Assembly: GCA_041690395.1 (NCBI GenBank)
Contig: JAWLHJ010000001.1
Span: 704,001 to 768,000 of the forward strand
Reading direction: 5' to 3'
Source: Longimicrobiales bacterium
GTDB taxonomy: Bacteria; Gemmatimonadota; Gemmatimonadetes; Longimicrobiales; Gaopeijiaceae
Length of the DNA stretch: 64,000 bases
In this document: in pieces, positions 46,557 through 56,337 of the stretch
How positions within the stretch are numbered: the first letter of the stretch is position 1
Layout of the letters: each line of letters starts with the position of its first letter
Translations under genes and position numbers: made by a program
Notes under the pieces: generated by a model
Database searches by the model: none
Told to the model about the DNA's origin: nothing
What the model saw: only the letters and a program-made list of their open reading frames with translations

Positions 46557-49242
46557 CCGCCAGCGCGTCGTCCACCTGGACCGTCAGCGGGTGCCTCTCC
46601 ATGCCCGCGCCCCGCAGCGCGGCGGCCTGGGCCTCCAGGAGCCCGCGCGCGTCTTCGGCCCGCCCCTGGGCTAGCCGGACCTCCGCCATGGCCAGGGTCC
46701 AGGCCACACGGCGGAGGTCCGTGGCCTCGTACGCCTCGCCGTAGATCTCGCCGGCCTGTTCCAGGAGCGCCTCGGCGCCTTCCACCTCGCCGAGCTCGAG
46801 GCGCACCCGGCCGAGCTCCTCCAGCATGACGGCGGTCATGCGGCTGGTCGGCCCGAACATGCCCAGGGTTCGGTCCAGCGCCCAACCGAGGGTGTCCTCG
46901 GCCGCGTCCAGGGCGCCCGCGGCGCGTAGCGTCCTTCCCAGCTGATACCGCGTCATGGGGATGATCATGTGGTCCTCCCCCAGCGCCCGGATGCGCACGT
47001 CGGTGACCTCGCGCTGGAGCTCCAGCGCCTCGTCGACGCGCCCGAGCTCCAGGTAGACCGATGCCAGCGTCTCCACTGCGTACGAAGTGGTGGCGTTGTC
47101 CCGCCCGAACATGGCCGCCGTGAGCTCGGCGGCGGCCTCGGCGGGCTCCGCGGCGTCGGCCCACCGGCCGGCCCGTACCCGCACGCTGGCCAGGTCCTCG
47201 TAGGCGTGGGCCACCGCCGGGGTGGCGTCGGGGTAGAGTGCCCGGGCCTGCTCCAGCTGGCGGAGGGCCAGGGCCTCGGTGGCGTCCACGTCCAGCTCCT
47301 GGAAGGAGAGGTGGAAGAGCCGGTCGAGCGCCATGAGGGTGAGGGGGGTGGGCGCTCCGTCCAGCACCTCGGCGTGGGGAAGCCACTCGGCCGTGACCTG
47401 CGCCCCGGCCTCGGCGTTCCCCTCCTGGAAATGGCCCTGGGACACGGCGGCCAGGTCGCGGATCCAGGCGGCGCCCAGGGTGTCGCCCCGGGCCCGCCGT
47501 CGGGCCACCAGGCCCTCCAGCAGGGCCCGACCGTCGGACGTGGCGGCGATCTGGACGCCGGCGTATCCCACCAGGCTCTCGATCTCGCGGAGGGTCTCCT
47601 CGGGGATGTCCACGGCCTCGGCGGCGAGTGGCGTGTCCCAGGGCTCGTTCTCGCCGACGCCCAGGGCCGCTTTGGCGAAGGTGATGGCCTCCCCGTACAG
47701 GTGGAGGTCTGCGTAGGCGCGGGTCACGGCCTCCACGAGTCGTCCACGGATGTCCGGCCGTGGCCACGATCCCTCGAGCACCCGTTCCGCACCCTGATCC
47801 AGCAGCGTCCGGACGGGCAGGTCCGCGCTCCCTCCGGCGTAGGGGTCGGCCCCGGAGAAGAGGCCGGCCAGGAAGTCCGTCACTGCTTCCGCCGTGGCGG
47901 CCTGGGCCCGCGCCGTGTTCCGCTCCCGCTCGAGGGCGGCGGCGTGCCGGTTCAGCGTGGCCACGTAAGCCCCGGCCGCCAGCACCGTCGCCGCCACCGC
48001 GGGGCCCACCCACCGGTGACGCCCCAGGAACTTCCGCGTGCGGTAGGCGACACTGGGAGGGCGGGCCTCCACGGGACGACCCGAGCGATATCGTCGCAGG
48101 TCTGCGCCCAGCGCGTCGGCGGACGGGTACCGGAGCTCGGCGTCCTCGGCCACCGCCTTCAGCATGATTCGCTCGAGGTCCCCGCCCAGAATCCGGACCA
48201 TCCGCGTGGGGGTCAGATTGCGAGCGCGGGCGAGCGCCTCCCGCTCGGCGGCCTCCATACGGCGGAGCGTCGTCGTGGGGCGCGCGACTTCGGAGTGCGG
48301 GGGCCTGCGCGGCCCTCGACCCCGGCCATCCTGCGCGAAGGGCGACGACCCGACCAGGAGCCGGTAGAGCAAGACGCCGAGCTGAAAGACGTCGGACGCC
48401 GTGGTGACGGGACGCCCGTCCAGCTGCTCGGGGCTGGCGTACTCGGGGGTCAGCACCCTCACTCCGGTACGCGTGGCGTGACCGGGGCTCGGCCAGGCCT
48501 GTGGATCCAGCAGCTTGGCGATCCCGAAATCCAGGAGCTTCGCCCGGCCGTCCGAGGTCACCAGGATGTTCGAGGCCTTCAAGTCACGGTGCACGACGAG
48601 GGAACGGTGCGCGTACGCCACCGCGTCGGCCACCTGGAGGAAGAGGTCGAGTCGGGCCTCGAGGGACAGTCGCTCCTCGTCGCAGTAGCGGATCAGGGAG
48701 CGTCCCTCCACCAGCTCCATCACCAGATAGGGCTGGCCGTCCTCGGTGGCGCCGCCATCGAGGATCCGCGCGATGTTGGGGTGGGCCAGCGCCGAGAGGA
48801 TCTCCCTCTCGGCCAGGAACCGGGCCACCACGTCGTCGGTGTCCATCCCCTTGCGGATCACCTTCACGGCCACGGCCTGCCGGAAGCCGCCGTCCACCCG
48901 CTCCCCGCGGTACACGGAGGCCATGCCGCCCCGCCCGACGTGCCCGGTGATCCTGTACGCGCCCACGGTCTGGCCGGTCCGGTCGAGCTCCGGAGGCCCG
49001 GAGACCCCCGAGCGCGCCATCGCCGCCTCCCAATCCCCGGTGGAGAGCGTATCGAGAGGGCGCTCCAGGAAGCCCGCGGAAGCCCGCTCCGCTCGGAGAA
49101 GCCGGAGCACCTCGTCCCGTTCGTCGGCCGTGGTGCCGGCCTCCCGCAGCGCGCCCTCCCACCGAGAAGGGTCGAGGTCGAGAAGGCTCTCGAAGAGTGC
49201 GTCGATGCGAGCCCAACGCCCGGCCCCGCCGTCCGCGCTCAA
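46540..49242 (-). CDS. Transmembrane Hanks-type Ser/Thr kinase with extracytoplasmic TPR domain
   Basis: GRGGMASVY, VAVK, HRDLKASN, DFG, TPEYASPEQ and SDVFQLG; one TM helix; TPR repeats; TTG start at 49242 overlaps the ECF stop. Confidence 0.92.
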   Translation of the reverse strand: MSADGGAGRWARIDALFESLLDLDPSRWEGALREAGTTADERDEVLRLLRAERASAGFLERPLDTLSTGDWEAAMARSGVSGPPELDRTGQTVGAYRITGHVGRGGMASVYRGERVDGGFRQAVAVKVIRKGMDTDDVVARFLAEREILSALAHPNIARILDGGATEDGQPYLVMELVEGRSLIRYCDEERLSLEARLDLFLQVADAVAYAHRSLVVHRDLKASNILVTSDGRAKLLDFGIAKLLDPQAWPSPGHATRTGVRVLTPEYASPEQLDGRPVTTASDVFQLGVLLYRLLVGSSPFAQDGRGRGPRRPPHSEVARPTTTLRRMEAAEREALARARNLTPTRMVRILGGDLERIMLKAVAEDAELRYPSADALGADLRRYRSGRPVEARPPSVAYRTRKFLGRHRWVGPAVAATVLAAGAYVATLNRHAAALERERNTARAQAATAEAVTDFLAGLFSGADPYAGGSADLPVRTLLDQGAERVLEGSWPRPDIRGRLVEAVTRAYADLHLYGEAITFAKAALGVGENEPWDTPLAAEAVDIPEETLREIESLVGYAGVQIAATSDGRALLEGLVARRRARGDTLGAAWIRDLAAVSQGHFQEGNAEAGAQVTAEWLPHAEVLDGAPTPLTLMALDRLFHLSFQELDVDATEALALRQLEQARALYPDATPAVAHAYEDLASVRVRAGRWADAAEPAEAAAELTAAMFGRDNATTSYAVETLASVYLELGRVDEALELQREVTDVRIRALGEDHMIIPMTRYQLGRTLRAAGALDAAEDTLGWALDRTLGMFGPTSRMTAVMLEELGRVRLELGEVEGAEALLEQAGEIYGEAYEATDLRRVAWTLAMAEVRLAQGRAEDARGLLEAQAAALRGAGMERHPLTVQVDDALAAIPRR

Positions 49243-49820
49243 GGGCGGAGTGCGTCGTAGAGGTACGCGCGCGCCCTTCGCCAATCTCGGGTCGCCGTGC
49301 GCACCGAAACGCCCAGCGCCTCGGCTGTTTCCTCCATGCTCATCCCCCCGAAGAACCGGCACTCCACGATGCGCTCGAGTCGCTCGTCGTGGGCCGCGAG
49401 CCGCTCGAGGGCGTCGTTGAGCTCCAGCACGTCCACGAACTCCGGATCCTCGCCAGCCTCGGCTTCACCCAGCGAGATCGGAATGACACCCCCTCCTCGC
49501 TTCTCCGCCCTCTTCATGCGCGCGTAGTCGATGAGGATGTGCCGCATCACCCTACTGGCTACAGCGAAGAAATGGGTCCGGTCACGCCACGCTTGGCCGT
49601 CGCCCTCCACCAGGCGCACGTACGCCTCGTGCACGACCGCCGTCGTGTTGAGCGTGTGTCCCTGCTGCTCACCGGCAACGCGACCGCGGGCGATGGCGCG
49701 CAGGTCGTCGTAGACGAGGGGAATCAGCTGCCGCAGGGCGTCGTCGTCACCGTCCGCGAGGGCGGAGAGAAGCCGGGTGACCTCGTTCTCGTGCCGAGGG
49801 GGGTGCGGTGTGTCGGACAT
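49239..49820 (-). CDS. ECF sigma factor, TIGR02999/ECF43 kinase-associated type
   Basis: LIPLVYDDLRAIA, HTLNTTAVVHEAYVRL, WRDRTHFFAVA..MRHILIDYAR...KRGG, VECRFFGG and RDWRRARAYL. Confidence 0.93.
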   Translation of the reverse strand: MSDTPHPPRHENEVTRLLSALADGDDDALRQLIPLVYDDLRAIARGRVAGEQQGHTLNTTAVVHEAYVRLVEGDGQAWRDRTHFFAVASRVMRHILIDYARMKRAEKRGGGVIPISLGEAEAGEDPEFVDVLELNDALERLAAHDERLERIVECRFFGGMSMEETAEALGVSVRTATRDWRRARAYLYDALRP

Positions 49821-50019
49821 GGGCTGAGCGAGGGCGGAAGGGAGGCGGTAAGAGGCTACCCGCGGTGGTCGGATTTGAAAAGTCCCGACGGTCGGAGGGT
49901 CCCGGTCGGCCCCCGGGGAAGGATCCCGTGTGGAGCGCATGGGGTTATCGTTGAACGTCGTCCCCTACGATCGCCAACCGCATGCGCGGCCCTCGTGCCA
50001 CCGCCACCCGCCTGTATCG

Positions 50020-51087
50020 ATGACCCATGCCAAACCCGACCGCGCGAAAGTCGAGCGGTGGAATCGCATTCTCGAGCCCTACCGTGGGCCCGACACGCGC
50101 CGGAGTATCGTGCAGCTCTTCACGACGGCCGGTGGCTTCGCCCTGTTCTGGTCCGCGGCGTTTCAGAGCCTGCAGGTCGGCTACTGGCTGACGATTCTGC
50201 TTTCCGTCCCGGCCGCCGGCTTCCTCATGCGGCTCTTCATGATCCAGCACGACTGCGGGCATGGCTCGTTCTTCCACTCGCGTCGCGCGCGCGATTGGGT
50301 CGGGAGGGCCATCGGTGTCCTCCTGCTCACGCCGTACGACTACTGGAAGCGCACCCACGCTCATCACCACGCGCACTCGGGCGATCTCGACTTCCGGGGA
50401 TTCGGCGACATCCAGACCCACACCGTGGCCGAGTACATGTCGTGGCCGCGCGCCAAGCGACTCGGCTATCGCTTGTATCGCAATCCCCTGGTTCTTTTCG
50501 TCGTCGGACCGATCTATCAGTTCCTCGTCAAGCATCGATATCCAGCGGATATCCCACGGACCTGGAAGGCCGCGTGGCGAAGCGTCTGGTGGACGAACGC
50601 CGCCCTGGTGGGTATCGGCGTCCTCGTGTGGGCGACGATCGGGTTCGAGCGCTTCCTGCTCGTGCAGGCTCCGATCTGGCTGTTCGCCACGAGCGCCGGC
50701 ATCTGGCTGTTCTACGTGCAGCACCAGTTCGAGCATACCTACTGGGACCGGCACGATGCATGGGACTACTACGAGGCGTCGCTCTACGGGAGCTCTTATC
50801 TCGTCCTGCCGAAGCCGCTCCAGTGGCTCACGGCCAACATCGGCGTGCACCACGTGCACCATATGAGCCCGCGCATACCGAACTACCGCCTCCAGCAGGT
50901 CCACGACGAGAATCCGGAGTTCCACGTCGTCACCGAAGTGCGCCCGGCGGATACGCTGCATCTCCTCGGCCGCGCCCTGTGGGACGAAGAGGACCGGCGC
51001 CTGGTCAGCTTCCGCGAGCTCGGCCGCAAGCGGAGGCGGGCCCGGGTCGCGGTGCGCCGGCGGCGGCGAGCGGAGAAGGCTGCGTAG
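50020..51087 (+). CDS. Membrane fatty acid desaturase (DesA-like)
   Basis: Three His boxes HDCGH, HAHHH and HHVHH; FYVQHQFE; RIPNYRL. Confidence 0.93.
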   Translation: MTHAKPDRAKVERWNRILEPYRGPDTRRSIVQLFTTAGGFALFWSAAFQSLQVGYWLTILLSVPAAGFLMRLFMIQHDCGHGSFFHSRRARDWVGRAIGVLLLTPYDYWKRTHAHHHAHSGDLDFRGFGDIQTHTVAEYMSWPRAKRLGYRLYRNPLVLFVVGPIYQFLVKHRYPADIPRTWKAAWRSVWWTNAALVGIGVLVWATIGFERFLLVQAPIWLFATSAGIWLFYVQHQFEHTYWDRHDAWDYYEASLYGSSYLVLPKPLQWLTANIGVHHVHHMSPRIPNYRLQQVHDENPEFHVVTEVRPADTLHLLGRALWDEEDRRLVSFRELGRKRRRARVAVRRRRRAEKAA

Positions 51088-51134
51088 GCGAGCCGCTCGG
51101 TGCGCAGCGGCACACGTCACGGTGTGCCCCGTAG

Positions 51135-52418
51135 TCAGTCCGTGGCGGCTGCAGCGGCCGCCTCGCCCGCCTGCGCTCGCGCCAGGTCACTCCCAGCCGG
51201 CTTCTGATACGCCCTCAGGCCGAACTCCGGCATGATCGCGAACAGGTGGTCGAAGATGTCCGCCTGGATGCCCTCGTAGTTGGCCCACGCCGTGTCGTTC
51301 GTGAAGCAGTAGAGCTCGAGCGGAAGCCCCTCGGGTCCGGGCTGCAGCTGGCGCACCAGAAGGGTCATCTCCGGATGGATGCGCGGATGGTTCCGCAGGT
51401 AGTGCAGCACGTACGCGCGGAACGTCCCCACGTTCGTGAGACGGCGGCGCTCTGGGATGACCCGCTCGTCGGGTGGCCGGCGCGCATTCGCCTCGGCGAG
51501 CTCCTTCCGCTTCTCCTCCATGTAGCCCGCGAGGAACTCGTACCGGCCCAGGCGCTCGATCTCGTCTTCGGTCAGGAAACGCACCGAGGTGACGTCGATG
51601 TGCAGCGGCCGCTTGATCCTGCGCCCGCCGCTCTCCTGCATCCCCCGCCAGTTCCGGAACGACTCGGAGATGAACTTGTGCGTGGGGATGGTCGTGTAGG
51701 TCTTGTCCCAGTTCTGGATCTTCACCGTGTGCAGCGCGATGTCGACCACGTCGCCGTCGGCGTGGGCCTGTGGCATCTCGACCCAGTCTCCGATCCGGAT
51801 CATGTCGTTGGACATGATCTGCACGCTGGCCACGAGTGAGAGGATCGTGTCGCGAAACACCAGGAGCAGCACCGCCGTGAGCGCGCCGAGGCCGGACAGG
51901 AAGATGATCGGCGAGCGATCGGCCACGATCGACACGATCAGGATGCCGGTCGCGACGTAGACGAAGATCGCCAGCACCTGCAGGTAGCCCTTGATGGGCC
52001 GGTTGTTCGCCTCGGCGTACGTCTCGCGGTAGATGTCGTCGACGGCCGAGAGGAAGCCGCCGAAGACGAGGGCTCCGGTGAGCACCATGTAGGCGGCCGC
52101 CACCCGTCGGACGACGAGGTAGGCGACGCCCAGGATCTCGGGGTCCGTGCCGGCCGCCGCTTCGCCCGGACCGATGCCCAGCGCGACGCCGATGCCGTAG
52201 TAGACGACGAGGGCGGGCGCCAGGTTGGCCAGGCGGTCGAACACCCGGCGGTCCATCATCCGGTCGTCCCAGGTGGAGCGCGTGTGCCTCGTGACGCGCT
52301 TGATCAGTGCGATGAAGACACGCCTCGTGCCGGCGTTCGCCGCCCAGGCGAGCAGCGCAAGGATCGTGAGCGAGCCGACCAGTCCCAGCCAGGGGTGCTG
52401 CGTGATGGTGTTTTCCAT
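51135..52418 (-). CDS. MscS-family mechanosensitive channel (YbdG-like)
   Basis: RPIKGYLQ, GLGALTAVLLLVFRDTIL, GDWVEMP..ADGDV, QNWDKT, NWRGM.ESGGRRIKR and TNVGTFRAY. Confidence 0.93.
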   Translation of the reverse strand: MENTITQHPWLGLVGSLTILALLAWAANAGTRRVFIALIKRVTRHTRSTWDDRMMDRRVFDRLANLAPALVVYYGIGVALGIGPGEAAAGTDPEILGVAYLVVRRVAAAYMVLTGALVFGGFLSAVDDIYRETYAEANNRPIKGYLQVLAIFVYVATGILIVSIVADRSPIIFLSGLGALTAVLLLVFRDTILSLVASVQIMSNDMIRIGDWVEMPQAHADGDVVDIALHTVKIQNWDKTYTTIPTHKFISESFRNWRGMQESGGRRIKRPLHIDVTSVRFLTEDEIERLGRYEFLAGYMEEKRKELAEANARRPPDERVIPERRRLTNVGTFRAYVLHYLRNHPRIHPEMTLLVRQLQPGPEGLPLELYCFTNDTAWANYEGIQADIFDHLFAIMPEFGLRAYQKPAGSDLARAQAGEAAAAAATD

Positions 52419-52689
52419 GCCAGGCATAACGTATACCGGGGCCCGTCGCGTCAACCCCGCCGAGCACCGCGCTGGGTGCACCAAAACAGTGCGTGCGCCG
52501 TGAGTCGCGCACCATATCGTCTGTACGAACAGGTGCACGGCCGGGCCGTCTGTGAAGTGTATGCAGTCTAAGTGTCCTTTTTATAGTCATTTACGATGGT
52601 CGCGTCCCCGTGGCCCGCCTGTTGCACCTGTCGAGGGTGAACGCGCCGGACGCTACGGCGCCTGATCCGCTCAACCCTCCGAGATCCAC

Positions 52690-53571
52690 ATGACTCACAT
52701 GCATCCGACACCTTCCCCCGGCCGCCGGAGAGGCGTGCGCTCGGCGGCCATGGTCCTTCTGGCCGCTGCATCCGTCGCTGCCTGCGACGGCGGCGTGGGT
52801 GTGGACGGTCCCGTCAACGCCACCCTCGCCTTCCAGGCCAGCCAGGCGACGGGCGCCGCCGCCTCTCCCGCCTCCATCGGGCCGGCCGGCTCCACGGCCC
52901 GCACCGCGAGCGGCCCCGCTCGTGCGATCGCGCTCGACGGCAGCAACGGCACGCTGGTCCTCGAAGAGGTCTACATGATCGTCTCCGAGGTCGAGCTCGA
53001 TTCCGACGACTGCGATGATGACGACTTCGAAGACGGCAACGACAGCGACGACGGCTTCCGCTGCGGCGACTTCGAGGCCGGCCCGCGCCTGGTGGCGCTG
53101 CCGCTCGACGGCTCTCCGGTCACGGCGTTCGAGGGCATGATCGCCGCGGGTCGCTACGACGAGCTCGAGTTCGAGGTCGAGGACCTCGAGGACGACGACG
53201 ACGACGACTGGCAGGAGATCGGGGCGCTGCGCGACGAGATCCTCGATCTGATTCCCGATTGGCCGCGCCGCGCCAGCCTCTACGTGGCCGGAACGTTCCA
53301 GCGTGATGGGGAGGACCCGGTCGCCTTCCGTACCTTCGTGGACGCCGAGATCGAAGTGGAGCTCGAGCTGAACCCACCGCTGGTGGTCGGTGACGACGGT
53401 ATCGACGATCCGCTGCTGGTGGTCGACGTGCGGCCCGACCTGTGGTTCCGCGACGGGCAGGGCGGGTACATCGATCTGACCGAGTGGGACTACGACGCCA
53501 CGGGTCTCGTTCTCGAGCTCGAGGTCGAGATCGAGGACGGCTTCGCCGAGGTCGAGTTCGACGACGACTGA
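52690..53571 (+). CDS. Highly acidic lipoprotein, unknown function (possibly DUF4382-like beta sandwich)
   Basis: Lipobox VAAC; poly-Asp tracts; beta-rich sequence. Confidence 0.7.
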   Translation: MTHMHPTPSPGRRRGVRSAAMVLLAAASVAACDGGVGVDGPVNATLAFQASQATGAAASPASIGPAGSTARTASGPARAIALDGSNGTLVLEEVYMIVSEVELDSDDCDDDDFEDGNDSDDGFRCGDFEAGPRLVALPLDGSPVTAFEGMIAAGRYDELEFEVEDLEDDDDDDWQEIGALRDEILDLIPDWPRRASLYVAGTFQRDGEDPVAFRTFVDAEIEVELELNPPLVVGDDGIDDPLLVVDVRPDLWFRDGQGGYIDLTEWDYDATGLVLELEVEIEDGFAEVEFDDD

Positions 53572-53736
53572 CCGGCATCCGGACGTCTCGGGCGGGCTCG
53601 CCCCGACCTGGGCGCTCGAGCCGCGGTGGCGCGGCACTTCAGGCGAGGTCGATCCCGACAGGCACGGGGTCGGCCTCGCGGTCCGTGTACACGACGGTGT
53701 GCTGGCATCCCGCGGCGTGCGGTGCCAAGGTGAAGC

Positions 53737-54396
53737 ATGATGAGCCGATGGATCCTGATTCCGGCGTCGGCGCTCGTCCTGTTCGCCGCTTGGGGGTGTT
53801 GGGGGGAGGAGGAGCGCACCGTCGTGAGCTGGGCAGAGTTCCAGATCGTCCGCGGCGACGGGCCGCCGGAGCCCGTGCACCTCGAGGCACGTTGGCCCGA
53901 GGCGTACGCGTCCGGCACCGACTTCGAGCGTGTCTGGCAGGTCGTGGCCGAGGGCGACGCGCCGGTCGAGGCCGTGGCCGTCACGCTCACCGGTGGCGGC
54001 GAAGCGGATGCCGCGGGGGTCGCGTTGCTGGTCGGGATGGTGCTCGTGATCCCCGCCCCCATCCGGTCGGGTGGGTCCTGGAGCGTGACCGGAACGGAAG
54101 TTCCGCCCGGCGGGGACCTGATGCCGATGGACTGGTCCGTCTGGGGAGTGCGGACGCCGCAGCGCGTCGGAGAGGCCGGGGTCGCGCTCCGGATGTTCGA
54201 CTACCACACCCTCGATATGGCGCGCGAGAACCGGTTCGTCGCGACCGGGGTCACCGGGACCCTCTCGGTCCTCGCCCGCTACGACGAGGAAGTCGAGCTC
54301 GGGATCGACCTGGAGGTCGTCGACGTGTCGGGCCGGGTCGCGAACATCTCGGGCACGCTACGCCTATGGGGGGAGCGCTACACGCCGCCGGCGTGA
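53737..54396 (+). CDS. Hypothetical exported protein, probable lipoprotein
   Basis: N-terminal hydrophobic segment ending AWGC; coding-like composition. Confidence 0.6.
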   Translation: MMSRWILIPASALVLFAAWGCWGEEERTVVSWAEFQIVRGDGPPEPVHLEARWPEAYASGTDFERVWQVVAEGDAPVEAVAVTLTGGGEADAAGVALLVGMVLVIPAPIRSGGSWSVTGTEVPPGGDLMPMDWSVWGVRTPQRVGEAGVALRMFDYHTLDMARENRFVATGVTGTLSVLARYDEEVELGIDLEVVDVSGRVANISGTLRLWGERYTPPA

Positions 54397-54429
54397 CGGG
54401 GCGGCGGCGACGTCACGGGGTCTCCGCCG

Positions 54430-56217
54430 TCATGCGTCGCGCGTCAGGTACAACACCTCGTCCCCGGGCCGGAGCTCGAGATCGGAGTGGACCGGATCGG
54501 CCTCGCCGTCCCTGAAGACGACGAGGGGGAGCCCGGTCCCCGTCTTCCTGAGCTCCGTGACGAGCGCTTCGGCGGACATCTCCCGCTCGACGCGGTAGCG
54601 CTCCTGGCGGACGGCTCCGTGGACGAGGTGGTGGTCCCAGTCCGCGAGGACCGCGGGTGTGCCGAACAGCGCCGACGCGCCCAGGTGCTTGAGGGAAACC
54701 CGATCACCCTCTCTCGCCGAACCCTCCCGAGCCACGTAGACCTCGGGGACCATGAAGGTCGAGCGTGCCATCTGAGCGGCGAGGGCGTTGATCTCGGTAT
54801 TGCTGGTCATGGCCAGCAACATGGTCGCGCCGCCCGCGTGCGCCTCACTGAGCACCTGCTCTTCGAGGGCGTTGCCGCACACCGCGTGCAGCCCGTCGTC
54901 GGTCGCGGCGTCGCAGTGCTTCTGGTTGCGGTCGACCATCCAGACGGGGCGGCTCTCGGAGAGCGCCCTCGCCAACTCGCGGCTGAGCGGTCCGGCCCCG
55001 AGGATGAGCGCGCCCCGGCGCGCCCCGCTCGTCCGCACGAGCTCGCCGCGCGACCGAAGCCAATCGGTTCCCCACTTGAGCAGGAACGGCACAGTGGCGG
55101 TGGTGAAGATGGCCATGAACACCAGGATCGAGAAAAGCTCCTGGGTGATGATCCCCATCTCGAGCGCGATCCCGGCGATGATGATCTCGACGGCTCCGCG
55201 CCCGTTCATGCCACCACCGATGGTGAGGCCCTCCCGCCACCCGTTGCCGCTGGCCATGTAGAAGACGGCCGTGCCGACGATCTTGCCGACCGTCGCCACC
55301 CCGAGGATCGATAGGAACAGCCAGAGATCCGCCCCGAACACGGAGAGCGAGACCTGGAAGCCGGCGGTCACGAAGAAGATCGGCGCCAGGAAGCCGATCG
55401 ACGCGTCCCGGACCGCGCCCATCAGGTCGCGGGTGAGCGTTGCGCCGAGCACGCCCTCGCGGAGGAAGAGCCCGGCGATGAACGCCCCGAGGACGGCGTG
55501 CAGCCCGGCGAGGTGCGCGAGCTCACCGAACGACACGGCGAGCAGCAACGCCAGCGTGAAGTGGAACGTCCGGTTCGTCATGCCGGCCTGCGTGAGCTTG
55601 CGTCCCACGATCGGGAAGACCTTCAGGCCCAGCACCACCGTCACGGCGAAGAAGGCGAGCACCTGCGCGCCCACGCGCATCACCGAGGTGACGTCGAACG
55701 ACCCGGCTTCGACCGTGCTCAGCACGCCCGCGAAGACCACGAGAGACAGCGTGTCCGCGATGAGCGCCCCCGACATCATGACGCTCGCGATGCGCGTGTC
55801 GAGCAAGCGGAGATCCACGAGGATCCGCGACTTGGTCGTCAGCGAGGTGACGCCCGCCGCGATGCCGACGAAGACGCCGCTCAGCGGCGTGCCGCCGAAA
55901 TGCAGGACCACGAAGTAGGCCATCACGAACGGCGTGACGAAGCCGCCGATCGCCGCCAGGAACCCTCCCCACGAGGCCTTCCCGAGCTCTTTCGGCTCGA
56001 TCTCCATGCCGACGTAGAGCATCATGAGCAGGATGCCCACCTCGGCCAGCACGGCGAGGGCCGGATCTCCCGTGAGCAGGCCCAGGATCGGCGGCCCCAG
56101 CAGGATGCCGATGAGCAGCTCGCCGAGGACGGCAGGGTAGCCGACGCGCATGGCCAGGGCGCCACCCATCCACGCGGCGAGGAGGACGAAGAGCAGGTTG
56201 GCGAGACTCAGATCCAT
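54430..56217 (-). CDS. Cation:proton antiporter (CPA2) with C-terminal TrkA-N/TrkA-C (RCK) domains
   Basis: PAVLGELLIGILLGP, GAFIAGL, PIFFV..G, GKIVG and RGAVEII; C-terminal ILGAG nucleotide-binding fold and LRPGDEV. Confidence 0.9.
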   Translation of the reverse strand: MDLSLANLLFVLLAAWMGGALAMRVGYPAVLGELLIGILLGPPILGLLTGDPALAVLAEVGILLMMLYVGMEIEPKELGKASWGGFLAAIGGFVTPFVMAYFVVLHFGGTPLSGVFVGIAAGVTSLTTKSRILVDLRLLDTRIASVMMSGALIADTLSLVVFAGVLSTVEAGSFDVTSVMRVGAQVLAFFAVTVVLGLKVFPIVGRKLTQAGMTNRTFHFTLALLLAVSFGELAHLAGLHAVLGAFIAGLFLREGVLGATLTRDLMGAVRDASIGFLAPIFFVTAGFQVSLSVFGADLWLFLSILGVATVGKIVGTAVFYMASGNGWREGLTIGGGMNGRGAVEIIIAGIALEMGIITQELFSILVFMAIFTTATVPFLLKWGTDWLRSRGELVRTSGARRGALILGAGPLSRELARALSESRPVWMVDRNQKHCDAATDDGLHAVCGNALEEQVLSEAHAGGATMLLAMTSNTEINALAAQMARSTFMVPEVYVAREGSAREGDRVSLKHLGASALFGTPAVLADWDHHLVHGAVRQERYRVEREMSAEALVTELRKTGTGLPLVVFRDGEADPVHSDLELRPGDEVLYLTRDA

Positions 56218-56337
56218 GTCCGGCGGGGTTGGGGCGTCGGGGACCACCGTACGGCGGTCATCGGACCAGGCGACTCCAATCGAGCGAACAAGATAACAAG
56301 GTAATACGGGGCTCCTGCCCCGGGGGTGTGCCGCCGC

